Shown: positions 9,113 to 21,100 of the stretch, in pieces
Position numbering within the stretch: position 1 is the stretch's first letter
Layout of the letters: every line of letters starts with the position of its first letter
Source of the DNA: Candidatus Hydrogenedentota bacterium
GTDB taxonomy: Bacteria > Hydrogenedentota > Hydrogenedentia > Hydrogenedentales > SLHB01
Length of the DNA stretch: 64,000 bases
Assembly (NCBI GenBank): GCA_963745075.1
Contig: CAVUWV010000020.1
Location: 172,280-236,279, forward strand
Direction: 5' to 3'
Program-made: the position numbers and the translations under genes
Notes under the pieces: generated by a model
What the model saw: only the letters and a program-made list of their open reading frames with translations
Told to the model about the DNA's origin: nothing
Database searches by the model: none

Positions 9113-11221
9113 ATGCGATGCCTGGAGCCCATTCCGGTTTCTTCGAAGTTCACTGGGGTTCGACGCCTACCGGCGGCCCGTGTGGTTGTCTGCGCAGCAC
9201 TGTATGCACTATTCGCGGGATTGACCGCCTCAGGGGAACGCGCGGAACACGTGACCCCGCGACCTCACATGTTCGTGACCGGCCAGCCGGTGAAGGGACT
9301 GCGCTCCCTGGACGATGTACGGAAGGCCATTCGGACTGGACACGCCGCCGCGCTGTGGAATGAACTCCTCGATAAGGTGAAGCGCGAAGCTCAGGAAGAG
9401 GCTTGGACGCCCGCTACTGCCCTTCCCGGACGCGGCGAAGCGCAAATCAAACACGCTAACCGCGATTTCTCCATCGTTGCCATGACGGCAAACCGTATTC
9501 TTGACGCGTCGCTGGCAGCACTGATAACCGATAAGCGGACGTATGCCGATGCCGCGCTCACGCAGTTGGACGCGTTGTTCGACCCCGAGCAATGGCCGGA
9601 TTGGGAAGATAAGGCCCATGTCGAGGCCGGTCTCATTACCGATCTTCGCCACGGCCAGCTTGCTTTTGCCGTCTCCGTGTCCTACGACTGGCTGTACGAT
9701 CTCCTCCGGCCGGAGGAACGCAAACGCATCATCGACGGCCTGGATCGGTGTGCGATTCAACGGTACAAGGCAGGAATTGACGCGAAGGAGAGTTGGACGC
9801 GAAACCGCACGAACTGGATGACGGTCGTTGTGGGCGGATTTGGCATCGCAGGAATGGCCTTGGGCGAAGACCATCCGGACAGCGAATTTCTCGTGGATTT
9901 TGCGCGTCCCCGGATGGAAAGCTACCTGGAGGTGGCGGGCCCCGACGGCGAGTTCAACGAAAGTGTCCAATACGCGGGGTCGATGCTCTTTTTGGTGCGC
10001 TACTTCACCGCGGTTCGGTACGCGTCAGGAGGTCTGGACAACCCGTTCGATCGGCACTCGCTCGCGGAATTCTGCCGCTGGTACCTGTATATGACCTTTC
10101 CCCCGGGGAGGGTTGCGGGGTTTGGGGATCCGGCTCCCGATATGCCGCCGGTGGTTAATTATATCAGCGCGGTTGCGGCTGCGACGCGGGATCCGCTTCT
10201 CCAATGGTTCTATCTCCAGTACTGCGACATGATGCTGGAAACCCACCGCAATCTGGCCATGGAGTTGCTCTATTACGACGCGACGTTGGACGCAAAATCT
10301 CCCGAAGGACGCCTGCCACTGGGAAGAGCCTACCATCATCAGGGCAAACTTATCAGTAGCCGCAGCAGTTGGGATCCGGTCTCGACCCCATCGGTCGTCT
10401 ACGCGAAAGCCAGCCGGGAAAGCACGCACAGTCACGCGGATTGGGGACAGGTCTGCATCGACGGTTTCGGCGAACGTCTCCTCATCGACCTCGGATCGCC
10501 GCCGGGCTACCCGAAAAGCCACAAGGAGCGGTATTACAACTATCAACAGTGGGGACACAATGTATTTGTGTTCGGCAAAAACGATACGGGGGGGATTCCC
10601 TGGGCCGAGCAAAAGCGGGAAGGACGCATCGCGTGGGCCGAGTTCGACGATACTCGGGGCGCCGCGTGGACGATGGACCTGACGGCGATCTATGATGGCG
10701 TTAAAACGGTGACACGGACGGTCGTGCACCTGCTTCCGCGCGTCGCGGTCGTACTCGATTCCGCGGCGTTGCAGGAATCGCAACCCATCAGCATGCGGTG
10801 GCATCTCGCTGCGCCAGCGAATCCCGGCGCCGACGGCGGGTTCCATACGGCGTCCGGCCGCGCGAAACTGGCCGGGTTAACCGCGCGGATCGACGGAGAC
10901 GCTACGGTCCGATCCGGGCGGCACGCCTACGAAGCCCCGTACAACCGGGATCGTCTAGGAGAAATTTATCCGCAACGGCACGAACCATACATCGAAGTGG
11001 CAGCCGAGGACGATGCGTGTCGCGTCCTGTCGTTGTTTTGTGTGTACGGCCCCGACGACATCGAAGATTCCTGGAAGACGTCTCCAAAAGGTTGGTCGAT
11101 TGAAACGCCGGAAGGACTGGTTCGAGTCCAACTGGAGGAAAACAAACTTACCGTCGAGTGTGCGGAAACGGGGAAAAGCTGGTCCGTCGTCGCCGGACCG
11201 ACGGGGAAAGGCAGCTCATGA
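9113..11221 (+). CDS. Heparinase II/III family (polysaccharide lyase-like) secreted protein
   Basis: Helical N-terminal region with TNW..V, DGEFNESVQY and FGD motifs; HSHAD...HN motif of the C-terminal beta domain; hydrophobic leader. Confidence 0.75.
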   Translation: MRCLEPIPVSSKFTGVRRLPAARVVVCAALYALFAGLTASGERAEHVTPRPHMFVTGQPVKGLRSLDDVRKAIRTGHAAALWNELLDKVKREAQEEAWTPATALPGRGEAQIKHANRDFSIVAMTANRILDASLAALITDKRTYADAALTQLDALFDPEQWPDWEDKAHVEAGLITDLRHGQLAFAVSVSYDWLYDLLRPEERKRIIDGLDRCAIQRYKAGIDAKESWTRNRTNWMTVVVGGFGIAGMALGEDHPDSEFLVDFARPRMESYLEVAGPDGEFNESVQYAGSMLFLVRYFTAVRYASGGLDNPFDRHSLAEFCRWYLYMTFPPGRVAGFGDPAPDMPPVVNYISAVAAATRDPLLQWFYLQYCDMMLETHRNLAMELLYYDATLDAKSPEGRLPLGRAYHHQGKLISSRSSWDPVSTPSVVYAKASRESTHSHADWGQVCIDGFGERLLIDLGSPPGYPKSHKERYYNYQQWGHNVFVFGKNDTGGIPWAEQKREGRIAWAEFDDTRGAAWTMDLTAIYDGVKTVTRTVVHLLPRVAVVLDSAALQESQPISMRWHLAAPANPGADGGFHTASGRAKLAGLTARIDGDATVRSGRHAYEAPYNRDRLGEIYPQRHEPYIEVAAEDDACRVLSLFCVYGPDDIEDSWKTSPKGWSIETPEGLVRVQLEENKLTVECAETGKSWSVVAGPTGKGSS

Positions 11222-12207
11222 GAGCGAGGGTGGTCGTCGCGGTAGTCGTAATCATGCTTGCACCGTTGTCCTGTGCCAAGGCCAATCGTATCGCCGTCGC
11301 GCGTCTTTCGGAAACCGAGCACGAGAGCGAGCCGGTCTTCGTTTACGAGAAGGCGCACGGTTCGTTTTACGTGGAGAACATTGGTCCGGATGCATTTCGA
11401 ATCGCCAGCGTCAAGACCACGTGTGCGTGCACGACGGCGGTACAAACCAAGGGCACGATCGCGCCGGGCGACCGGGCGGAAATCGAATATGACATCAGCT
11501 CCGCGGCTCCGCGGGAGAAATCCGTAACGATCGTCGTGCAAACCAACCCGCCGCTTCCGGAGCCGTTGCGATTCAAGGCCTCCGGGATCTTCAAACCCGT
11601 TCTGGTAGGCGAGCCGGACGGGTTGTCCATCGAGGCGCGATTCGGAGAACCGTTCGAGCAATCGATTGCACTGCATCCCGCACCGGGCGTTGGATCGATT
11701 CGGGTAACGAAGGTGTCGACCCGCCAGACGTGGGCCGAGGTAACGCTTGAGAACACCCCAAATAGTGCAGATCCGGTCGTCCACGTGCAGTCGAAGGATT
11801 CGCTGCAACCCGGCACCCACCAACTCGGCATCGCGGTCGAGTTCGAGCGCGAATCTCCCGGCCGGCAGGACATCACGGCGGAGGTCCACGTGGATTCGGA
11901 TTACTCCGTCGAGCCCCGGCAACTAATCGTCAACATCCCGGAAGACGGCAGCGATCCCACGACGGAAATCACGATTCGCAATAAGAAAAAGATACCGTTC
12001 ATTCCGCGGTCGGTGCGGGCGGAGAAATTCCAAATCGAACCTCCGGAATTGCCGACCGAGCCGAGTGCCTTCCAAAGGATTCCCATCACGTTCAAACTTC
12101 AGGACGGCACGATCGCCCGTCGCGGCCGGCTTTTGCTCGACCTGGGCGACAAAAGGGGTCTCTATACCATCGACGTATTCTTTTCGGAACCGAGAAAGAA
12201 GTCCTGA
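11218..12207 (+). CDS. DUF1573-like Ig-fold secreted protein
   Basis: ATGA overlap with the upstream stop; signal peptide; F.VEN.G....RI..VKTTCACT......IAPG motif. Confidence 0.75.
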   Translation: MRARVVVAVVVIMLAPLSCAKANRIAVARLSETEHESEPVFVYEKAHGSFYVENIGPDAFRIASVKTTCACTTAVQTKGTIAPGDRAEIEYDISSAAPREKSVTIVVQTNPPLPEPLRFKASGIFKPVLVGEPDGLSIEARFGEPFEQSIALHPAPGVGSIRVTKVSTRQTWAEVTLENTPNSADPVVHVQSKDSLQPGTHQLGIAVEFERESPGRQDITAEVHVDSDYSVEPRQLIVNIPEDGSDPTTEITIRNKKKIPFIPRSVRAEKFQIEPPELPTEPSAFQRIPITFKLQDGTIARRGRLLLDLGDKRGLYTIDVFFSEPRKKS

Positions 12208-12335
12208 TTGGGGACAGGAAACACGGGGCATTTTGGGCATCCCAGCCGCGCTTTGGTATCATAGCGTGCTTCGGAACCGGGTGCGTCCCATCGATGGCAC
12301 CGGGTAACTATCGGCGGAAAGGAGTTACGGGGAAA

Positions 12336-14006
12336 ATGGCACGAAAATACGCCATCGGGCTGGATTATGGAACAGAATCGGGCCGCGCACTGCTCGTCGC
12401 GGTCGACAACGGCGAGGAAATCGCGACCGCCGTGGAACCGTATCCGGATGGCGTGATCGATGACAAGCTTCCGGGCACGGGCGAATCGCTCCCGCCCGAT
12501 TGGGCGCTGCAGAATCCCCGGGACTACCTCCACGTGCTCGAGAAGGTTGTTCCGCAGGTGCTTAAGGATTCGGGGGTCAGCGGAGACGATGTTATCGGTA
12601 TCGGGACGGATTTCACCGCGTGCACGATGCTTCCCATCGACGCGACAGGCACGCCGCTGTGCATGAAACCCGAGTTCGCCAAGAATCCCCATGCCTGGGT
12701 CAAGCTCTGGAAACATCACGGCGCCCAACCGGAAGCCGACAAAATCAACGAACTCGCCGAAAAACGCGGGGAAGATTTTCTCGCGCGGTACGGCGGGAAG
12801 ATTTCCAGCGAATGGTTCTTCCCGAAGGCGCTTCAGATTCTCGATGAGGCGCCGGAGATTTACGATGCCGCGGACAAATTGATCGAAGCCGGCGACTGGC
12901 TGGTGCTGCAACTTTGCGGGGAAGAGAAACGCAATGCGTGCGCAGCCGGGTACAAGGCCATCTGGGATGACGGATACCTGAGCCCGGACTTTTTCAAAGC
13001 GCTTGACCCGCGGTTTGAGAATATCGTGCGGGACAAGATGAGTGAAGACGTTTATCCCGCGGGCGTGAAGGCCGGTGGTCTTCTCCCTGAAATGGCGAAG
13101 AAGCTCGGGCTGAAGGCGGGAACGGCCGTTGCAACGGGCGGTATCGACGCCCACGTCGCTGTCCCCGCGACCGCGGCCACGGAGGCCGGTAAGATGGTCA
13201 TGATCATGGGGACGAGCCTGTGCCACATGGTCTGCGGTACCGAGAAGAAAGTCGTGGAAGGCATGTGCGGCGTCGTGAAAGACGGTATCCTGCCGGGGTT
13301 CTACGGCTTCGAAGCGGGCCAGTCCGCCGTGGGCGACATCTTCGCGTGGTTCGTCAATACTTGCGTGCCGGCCAGTGTTGCCGAAGCAGCGGCCAAGGCG
13401 GGAATGGATATCCACGGATACCTTGCGAAAGAGGCCGAGGGACTGAAACCGGGCGAATCGGGCGTGCTGTGCCTGGACTGGTGGAACGGGAACCGTTCGA
13501 TTCTGGTGGACGCCGACCTTTCGGGCTTGATGATCGGCATGACCCTGACGACGACCCCGGCCGAAATGTACCGCGCGGTGCTCGAGAGTACGGCTTTTGG
13601 TACGTACACGATCATCCGGCAGTTGGAAGAGGGCGGAGTACCCATTTCCGAGTTGTACGCCTGCGGAGGACTACCCGGGAAAAATCCGTTCCTCATGCAG
13701 ATCTTCGCGGACGTCACGAATCGGGAGATCAAGATCAGCGCCAGCGACCAGACGGTTGCGCTGGGCTCGGCCATGTGGGGCGCGGTGGCAGCCGGATCGG
13801 GGGCGGGCGGTTTTGACGACGTTACCCAGGCCGCGAAGAAAATGGCGCGCCTGCGCGACACGGTCTACAAGCCGGACGCGAAGGCCCACGCGGCCTACGA
13901 GAAGTTGTATGCGATCTACCGCCGTCTTCACGATTTGTTTGGGTGCGGCACGGATATGGCGATGAAGGAACTCAAGTCCATCAAAGCGGAAACGCGCCAA
14001 GGGTAG
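12336..14006 (+). CDS. araB: L-ribulokinase (FGGY kinase family)
   Basis: IGLDYGTESGRA, WALQNPRDY, GIGTDFTACT, WVKLWKHHGAQ, YGGKISSEW, LDWWNGNRSILVD. Confidence 0.93.
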   Translation: MARKYAIGLDYGTESGRALLVAVDNGEEIATAVEPYPDGVIDDKLPGTGESLPPDWALQNPRDYLHVLEKVVPQVLKDSGVSGDDVIGIGTDFTACTMLPIDATGTPLCMKPEFAKNPHAWVKLWKHHGAQPEADKINELAEKRGEDFLARYGGKISSEWFFPKALQILDEAPEIYDAADKLIEAGDWLVLQLCGEEKRNACAAGYKAIWDDGYLSPDFFKALDPRFENIVRDKMSEDVYPAGVKAGGLLPEMAKKLGLKAGTAVATGGIDAHVAVPATAATEAGKMVMIMGTSLCHMVCGTEKKVVEGMCGVVKDGILPGFYGFEAGQSAVGDIFAWFVNTCVPASVAEAAAKAGMDIHGYLAKEAEGLKPGESGVLCLDWWNGNRSILVDADLSGLMIGMTLTTTPAEMYRAVLESTAFGTYTIIRQLEEGGVPISELYACGGLPGKNPFLMQIFADVTNREIKISASDQTVALGSAMWGAVAAGSGAGGFDDVTQAAKKMARLRDTVYKPDAKAHAAYEKLYAIYRRLHDLFGCGTDMAMKELKSIKAETRQG

Positions 14007-14042
14007 GGCCGGGCCGCGCCGAAACTCGGCAGGGAGCCAACA

Positions 14043-14444
14043 ATGATTATTGAATGGAACGACGAACGGTTCGCAACCGGGATTGTAGAAATCGACGAGC
14101 AGCACAAAGAGCTGTTTCGTCAGATAAACCGGTTGACGGATTCGCTGGAGCGCAATCCCGACGGCAAGGCGGAGGCGGGCAATTTCCTGTACTTTCTCGA
14201 AGACTACGTGAAAACCCACTTCGGATGTGAAGAGGACATCATGGAGAAGCGCCGGTGTGCTGCATGCCCGCGAAACAAGAAGGAGCATAGCGGATTCCTG
14301 CGCACGTTTCACGAAATCCGTCTCACGTTCGATCGAGAAGGCATCAGCCCTTCGTTTGTGGAGCGCATCCACCGGGAAGTGGTGGACTGGATTCAGGGTC
14401 ACATCGCCAACACGGATACCGAACTCAGGTCGGTCGCCACGTAA
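14043..14444 (+). CDS. Bacteriohemerythrin
   Basis: TGIVEIDEQHKELF, YVKTHFGCEE, EH..F and W...HI...D iron-ligand pattern. Confidence 0.88.
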   Translation: MIIEWNDERFATGIVEIDEQHKELFRQINRLTDSLERNPDGKAEAGNFLYFLEDYVKTHFGCEEDIMEKRRCAACPRNKKEHSGFLRTFHEIRLTFDREGISPSFVERIHREVVDWIQGHIANTDTELRSVAT

Positions 14445-14504
14445 CCGATATCACCACGGCCCGCATCGCGGGTCGTTCTTTCAAATCAACTCAGGGATTT
14501 GTCC

Positions 14505-15564
14505 ATGCGTAAAGAGTCACTCAATTTCCTCAAACAATTACTATCCACGCCAAGTCCGTCCGGGTTTGAAGAGAGAGATCCAACAAGTCTGCAAGTCGTA
14601 TGCGAAACCGTACGTGGATAAGATCTATAAGGACGTTCACGGCAACCAGTACCACGTGAAGAACCCCGGCGCGGACTTGCGCGTTATGCTCGCGGGGCAC
14701 GTCGACGAAATCGCCCTGATGGTCAATCATATTGACGACAATGGTTTCTTGGGATTTCAGGCCATCGGCGGTATTGACGCGTCGGTGCTTGATGGACAGC
14801 GGGTGCAGGTCCACCACGAGAAAGGGTCGGTCCCCGGCGTCATCGGGCGCCGCGCGATTCATCTGACGGATCCGGAGGAACGCGGCAAGCCCTTGCCGAT
14901 TCATCAGTTATGGATCGATATTGGCGCGCGCGACAAGAAAGAAGCGGAACGGGTCGTCGCCATCGGCGATCCTGCCACGATCGACGTGGGATTTGTAGAG
15001 CTCCGGAACGAGCGCGTCGTCGCGCGGGCCCTGGACGACCGCATCGGCGCATTTGTCATCCTCGAAGCCATGCGGCTGCTGCACAAGCGCAAGATCAATT
15101 GCGCGGTTTACTGCGTGACCACCGTCCAGGAAGAGATCGGCCTGCGGGGTGCAACAACCAGCGCCTACGGCTGCAATCCGCACGCAGGTATCGCGGTGGA
15201 TGTAGCCCACGCGACCGACCACCCGAACTGCGACAGCAAACGTTTCGGTTCGTTTTCCTTGGGTGGTGGTCCCATCCTCAACCGGGGACCCAATATCAAT
15301 CCGATCGTGGCCAAAGGGCTGATCGATACGGCAAAGAAGAAGAAGATCCCCTACCAGATGGAAGCGGCCCCACGCGGCACGGGCACGGACGCAAACGCCA
15401 TGCAGCTCAGCCGCGGCGGGGTGGCCACCGGTCTGATCGGGATCCCGAATCGGTACATGCATTCGCCCGTCGAGATGGTGTCGCTGAAAGACGTCGAGCA
15501 CTGCTCGCAACTGTTGGCGGAATGGATCGGCACCCTGAAGCCCAAGCACAATTTCATCCCATGA
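14505..15564 (+). CDS. M42 family metallopeptidase (one extra base in a GA run near 14570)
   Basis: MRKESLNFLKQLLSTPSPSGFE from ATG 14505 joins ORF 14227-15564 containing AGHVDEI, ALDDRIG, VQEEIGLRGA, GTDA and RYMHSPVE. Confidence 0.88.
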
Positions 15565-16293
15565 GCGAGCCGGTTCGGATCGAAGTGGCCGACAATTACA
15601 ACGACCTCAGCCGCCGCGGCGCATCGATTGTCTTGGAGTCCCTTCGCACGAATCCTGCGGCGTTACTTTGTGCCGCAACTGGAAGTTCCCCCCTGGGTGT
15701 CTATTCGGAATTGGCGAAGGCACACACGCAAGACGCCACCGTCTTCTCCAAGCTGCGCGTTATCAAGCTCGACGAATGGTGCCCACTGGGTCCAGACGAT
15801 CCGGCATCGTGCGAGTTCTACGTTCGTACGAAGGTAATCGAGCCTTTGGCCGTCGCTGAGGATCGAACCATCACCCTGCGCGGAGACGCCGCCGACGCGG
15901 AAGCCGAATGCCGAACCTTCTCCTCGGCACTGGCGAAGGCGGGGCCCATCGACGTTCTGTATCCTGGGTTTGGGCGTGAACGGGCATCTGGGAATGAACG
16001 AACCGGCGGACTGGCTGCATGAGACCGCGCACGTTACGGCGTTGGCGAAGGAATCGCAGGGCCATGCCATGCTGGAAGGCGCCCGTACCCAACCCACGTA
16101 CGGGCTCACGCTTGGGATGGGGGAAATTCTTCGGTCGGATTTGATCCTGCTGCTGGTCAGTGGCGAGAAGAAGCGGGACGCCCTGACCCGGCTCATGTCG
16201 CGCCAGATTACGACGCGGTTTCCCGCCTCCTTCTTATGGACTCACGGCCATACGATCATTATTGCGGATCGCGATGCGTATCCGAATCCGTGA
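15561..16293 (+). CDS. Glucosamine/galactosamine-6-phosphate deaminase-isomerase family (frameshift near 15958)
   Basis: CAATGSSPLGVY and KLDEW in frame 14910-16022, then ILGLGVNGHLGMNEP, TLGMGEIL and PASFL in the next frame. Confidence 0.85.
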
Positions 16294-16969
16294 CACCGAC
16301 GATTGCGGCGTTCACTTGAGCAATGCTCAAGGCCAGGACCGCTTGCCCTCCAAAATAGAGCGGTAGGCCGACAATCGCGTTTATTGAGCCCGGCGCAACG
16401 AATTGTTGCCGGGCCACGAAGACGTCGGATATGTAAAACATCACTGCGCCCAGCAGAATAAGTCGGCCGCCCGGCTTCGATATCGTCCCGCCGGCGAGCG
16501 CGACCATCGTGCTGATGACGGCAACGTATGCCGCGACCGGAATCTTCATATCGCTGGGAACGTGCGGCCAGACCCATCGAACGACAAAGACCGATGCAAT
16601 CACCATCGCCGCACCGGCTACAGCCGCCCCAGGGAGTCGGGTTCCTCGCACGGCGTACGCTACGCAATAGGCAACGTGCGCGATGAAGAAACTGACGAGA
16701 CCGGCCAGAAACCGGCTATCCGTTGGTGCCAGGAGAAAGTAGTCGCCAAAGGACGAGGCTATGAGCCCGGCGAATAATACCCAGCCATAAGTCGAGTGCC
16801 TCGCACCGGCCAGCCAGGCGGTGGCGATAAAGCTGAACGACGCCGCCATCTTGAAAGCTTTGGCGGCCAGCGAGAATCCCGCAGCGTTCAGCGCCAAACA
16901 AAGGCCGCAAAAGACGACCGTGAGCGCCGCGGCGGTCAAGGTTCGATTCCAGTTCGAGACAGACTTCAT
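16259..16969 (-). CDS. YhhN/lysoplasmalogenase family membrane protein
   Basis: GDYFL, FLAGLVSFFIAHVAY, GAVMFYISD, LPLYFGGQ. Confidence 0.88.
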   Translation of the reverse strand: MKSVSNWNRTLTAAALTVVFCGLCLALNAAGFSLAAKAFKMAASFSFIATAWLAGARHSTYGWVLFAGLIASSFGDYFLLAPTDSRFLAGLVSFFIAHVAYCVAYAVRGTRLPGAAVAGAAMVIASVFVVRWVWPHVPSDMKIPVAAYVAVISTMVALAGGTISKPGGRLILLGAVMFYISDVFVARQQFVAPGSINAIVGLPLYFGGQAVLALSIAQVNAAIVGVTDSDTHRDPQ

Positions 16970-16981
16970 TCTGAGAACAGG

Positions 16982-17417
16982 TCAACCGCCGGGCGCGTCG
17001 TTGAGATACCCCTCGAGCGCTTGAATCTCATTCACGAGATCGTTGATCCGGTCGTGCAACAGATACCGAAGCGAGATCATCCCCGCCATTTCACCGTTGG
17101 CCTTCATGATGGGCAGATGGCGAATTCGCTTCTCGCTCATCAGACGGATGGCGTCGGTCAACTCGATGTCTTCGCTGGCCACGGTGATGTCCGCGGTCAT
17201 TACGTCGCGTAGCAAAGTCATATTTGGATCTTTGCCGGCCAGTACGATGCGCGACATGAACGTCCCGTTCGCTGAATATGCCGCGCACATCGGTCAAGTC
17301 TCCAACCAGCACGACGCCGGACCGATGCTCGACCATGACCTCGATAGCCCGTTTGGCCGTGTCGTTCTCGGTAAGCATCAGCAGAGATGTGTTCTTCAAA
17401 AACGGCTTTAGAGACAT
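16982..17417 (-). CDS. CBS-domain pair protein (frameshift near 17260)
   Basis: GIFSERD in ORF 17091-17417 continues as SRIV...RDVMT...MSEKRIRHLP...GMISLR in ORF 16982-17290. Confidence 0.85.
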
Positions 17418-17589
17418 CGTTGCACCCTCTCACATAGTTCGTACAAACCCCGCAGCCCGTCTACCATGCACGAGAAGGGGAAAAAGCGCAAGATAAATCG
17501 GTCAGAAATGGGGTGGACACGCGGCAAGGGGTTTCACCCCAAGCACATACAGAGAATTGCGAATACGTATACTGGACCTAGTCAAGGGT

Positions 17590-18069
17590 TCACGATTTGG
17601 GGCTGCTGCGACCGCCAATTTGCTGGTCCAGTTCGTCGAGGAACCAGCGAAGTGTCCGTTGATCTTCCTCGCTGAGGGCGCGGAACTGGACACCGCACGC
17701 ATGACCCTTCTTTTCCGGGACCGGCTTGGTCCAGCGCACCTGCGCGCGCGGATGAATGGTTGTCGTCGCTTGCAAGTCCACGTGCAGCGTGACATCTTGG
17801 CCGGGAGTGATTTCATATTTGATCAGCACGCAGGCGCCGCCGGAACTGAGGTCAAGCAACCGCCCCTTGGTTGTGTGCGTGTCCATCTGCATATCCCCGC
17901 CGGAGGAGAATCCGACCGCGAATTCGACTTTGACCTGGCAGGTCTTACGGATGGTGCGCCGGCGAAGACGCCGCTGATCGGAGGAGCTATCGCCGCCGGA
18001 ATGACTCGAGGACTCCGGGCTGTACCTCGCGATTGAACCCGGGACCGGGCGCGTAATAGACATGGCCAT
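17590..18069 (-). CDS. PilZ-domain protein (putative c-di-GMP receptor)
   Basis: RRRTIR (RxxxR) and DLSSGG (DxSxxG) motifs; AQVRW...GVQF. Confidence 0.85.
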   Translation of the reverse strand: MAMSITRPVPGSIARYSPESSSHSGGDSSSDQRRLRRRTIRKTCQVKVEFAVGFSSGGDMQMDTHTTKGRLLDLSSGGACVLIKYEITPGQDVTLHVDLQATTTIHPRAQVRWTKPVPEKKGHACGVQFRALSEEDQRTLRWFLDELDQQIGGRSSPKS

Positions 18070-18178
18070 CTCCCTTTCCCAATGTCGCGATACCGGCTGT
18101 AACCATAGCGCGTATGCTATCGTAGCTACAATGTTGGATATCGTGTCGCGACGTACCTAATGAATTGGGGGTTGTCAA

Positions 18179-21100
18179 GTGAAACGGCGTAGCTTTGCAC
18201 ACGGTGGGCTGTCCCTGTTGGAAGCAGGTCGAGGTACCGGATTGCAACGGCGTTACACGATCATCACGGTGGGCGTGTTGGCCGCTATGGCTGTCCTCGG
18301 AACAGCGCGAGCCGACGTGCTCCGGGAAGGCTTTCAAAACCCGCCGCGCGAATTCAGCATGGTGCCGTTGTGGTCCTGGAACGGGACACTCGACCGGGAC
18401 GAATTGCGGTTCCAGATCGACGAATTCGTGGACAAAGGCGTCTACGGGGCGTTCATGCATGCCCGGGCAGGCATCGACAGCAGCGAAACCCCGTATTTTT
18501 CTGAGGGATGGTGGGATGCGATCGCGTTCTGCGTCGAATACGGCGAATCAGTCGGATTCTCCCCCTGGATCTATGACGAGGATAAATGGCCCAGCGGCGC
18601 CGCGGGTGGCCGCACGATGGAACGCAATCCCGAACGAAACAGCCAGAAAACATTGCACCGAATCGAGCAACGGATCACGGGACCCCAAAAGGTTGACGTT
18701 TCGATCCCTGGTGCACGATACGTGGTAGCGGCGAAGGTTGTCGAGGACGGCGGACTTGACCCGGATAGCATGGTCGACCTCAGCCGGTTCAACCACGAAG
18801 CCGACACGCAAAGCATTCCCTGGACCTGCCCGGACGGTGAGTGGCTGATCGCAGGGTACGTGTTCGGCCCGTACGGACATGGCGTCAATTACTTGAACAA
18901 GAATACGGTTCGCGATTTCATCGACATCACCCATGAAGCATATGCCAGCCGGATTGGCGATGCCTTCGGGACGACCGTTCCCGGCGTGTTCTTCGACGAA
19001 ATCATGAATGACGCAGGTAAGGACCCGGAACAAGTGGTCTGGGCCGAAGGTTTTGAAGAACGCTTTCGCGAAATGAAAGGGTACGACATCGCGCCGCTTC
19101 TCCTGGCGTTGACATACGATACCGGGCCGCGCACGCCGGTCATTCGCTGCGACTACTACGATGTGTATACCACGCTTTATGAAGAGGCTTGGTTTGAACA
19201 GATCTCGGACTGGTGCGCGGATCACAACCTCATGCTGTGCGGACATACGATCGAGGAATTGAACCGGTATATCACGCAGGGCGACTACATGCGCACCGAA
19301 CGCCACCTGCAAATCCCCACGACCGACAACGAGGATTTCCGGTACACGTGGCCGCGTACCATCGGTGCCTGGAAACCGAAGCAACTCGCGAGCATCGCGC
19401 AACTCTACGAGAAACCCCGGGCCGCGGTGGAAGCCATGGGCGGCGCCGGATGGTCATTCACGTTGGATTCGGGACGGTACGGTTTCAATATGCTCGCGGC
19501 CTACGGCATCGACTTCTATATCTCCCATCTCTTTCACTACGCCCAGGACACGCCGACCCAGGTGGGAGACTGGCCGAACAGTTGGTTCTTCCGGAATCCG
19601 TACTGGAAGTATTTCAAGACGTTTGCAGACCACGGCAGCCGGATTAGCTATGTCGTTCGCGGGTCCACTCCAGTCGTCGACGTGGCGATTCTCTACCCGC
19701 AGGCAAACCAGTGGAGCGGCAACGGTCCGGGCACGACGCAGGCAACCATGGAAACGCTGGTGGCAGCCCAAATCGATGCCGACCTGATCGATACGGACTC
19801 GTTGCAGCGCGTGGATATCCACGATGGTCAACTTAACGTTGGCAAACTGTTATTTCGCGCGATCATCGTACCGGGGGTCCAGTGCATTCGCACGTCCGAG
19901 TTGGAGAAAATCGCTGCGTTTGCGGACGCGGGCGGCCTTGTGATCGTTCACGATCGATTTCCCACCGCGTCGATGGAACATGGACGCGACGATCCGGCGT
20001 TGCAGCCGCTGGTCGAAAGACTCCAACGTGCCGGGGTCGAACCGGAGCCGCTGGAAACCACTGTGACGCACCTCGCACGAGCCATCGGGCGGGATGTAGC
20101 GATTCCGGACAATCCGGCGAGTCCACTGCGCTACCGGCATGTGCGGCGCGATGGCTTGGATGTCTATTGGATTGCGAACGGCAGCCGCAAGGGAGGCGAA
20201 TGGCATATACGCTTCCGCACCATTGGACGACCCGAGCGTTGGCAGCCCGAGGATGGAAGCATCACTCCCATCGGAGAAATCGTCCGGGACGGCGAATACA
20301 CGGAATGTCCGATGCGGCTCGATGCCTGGCAGGGATGCTTCATCGTATTCGACCCCGCGCAGATGCCAGACCAAGGCGGCGTGCAGGTTGCCGATACCAA
20401 TCTCGAAGGCATGCGCGTTGTTACCGCAGACAAGAATGGCGTCGTCGTATCGGGTCTTCTTCCTTCCGGGGAATCGAGTGCGAAGGCACGGGTTCGCGTC
20501 GTGGATCGCGAAGGCAACGAATCGTTCGTCGAAGGGCAACGGGCGGTTGCGGCCGCACCCGAGACAATCGTCCTTGACGGAGGCTGGGAATTCCTGCCCG
20601 TGGACCATCAACTGGACCACGACTGGCGGATAGACGTGGCGTCAACCGACCTCGATCTGCCGGTGATGCGCGTGCGTTGGGAGCAGGATAACGGTCCTGT
20701 GGCGTCAGATTGGGAAGACCCGGCGCTCGATGACCGCGATTGGCGCGAAATTAAAGTTCTCGACTCGATGCATCCCGACGCGGGCGCGGATCGCTACCGA
20801 ACGCGTTGGGACGGTCAATTCATATCGTACTACCCCTACACGCCCTTCGATGTGGAGGAGTTCTTCGTACCCGTACTCGGGGGAAAGGGCCTATCATGCC
20901 GTACGTCGGTGCAGCTTCCCCCGGAGGCCAGTGGAGGCTGGATTGCGGTGGTTTGCCCGAGTCCGTTCCAGGTTAACCTGAACGACGAACCAGTGGGGAC
21001 TGGTCCCGGAGAAACGGATGCGTCCGTGTTTGAATTCACCTCCGTGCGCCCGGGTGAGTCCGTGATCGAAATCGTGGCGGACGATGCGCCCGCACTCATG

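Noticed and set aside
14566..14580. GA dinucleotide run at the M42 frameshift as a phase-variation switch
   Set aside because: The run is only about four units, and similar indels occur in many unrelated genes in this window.
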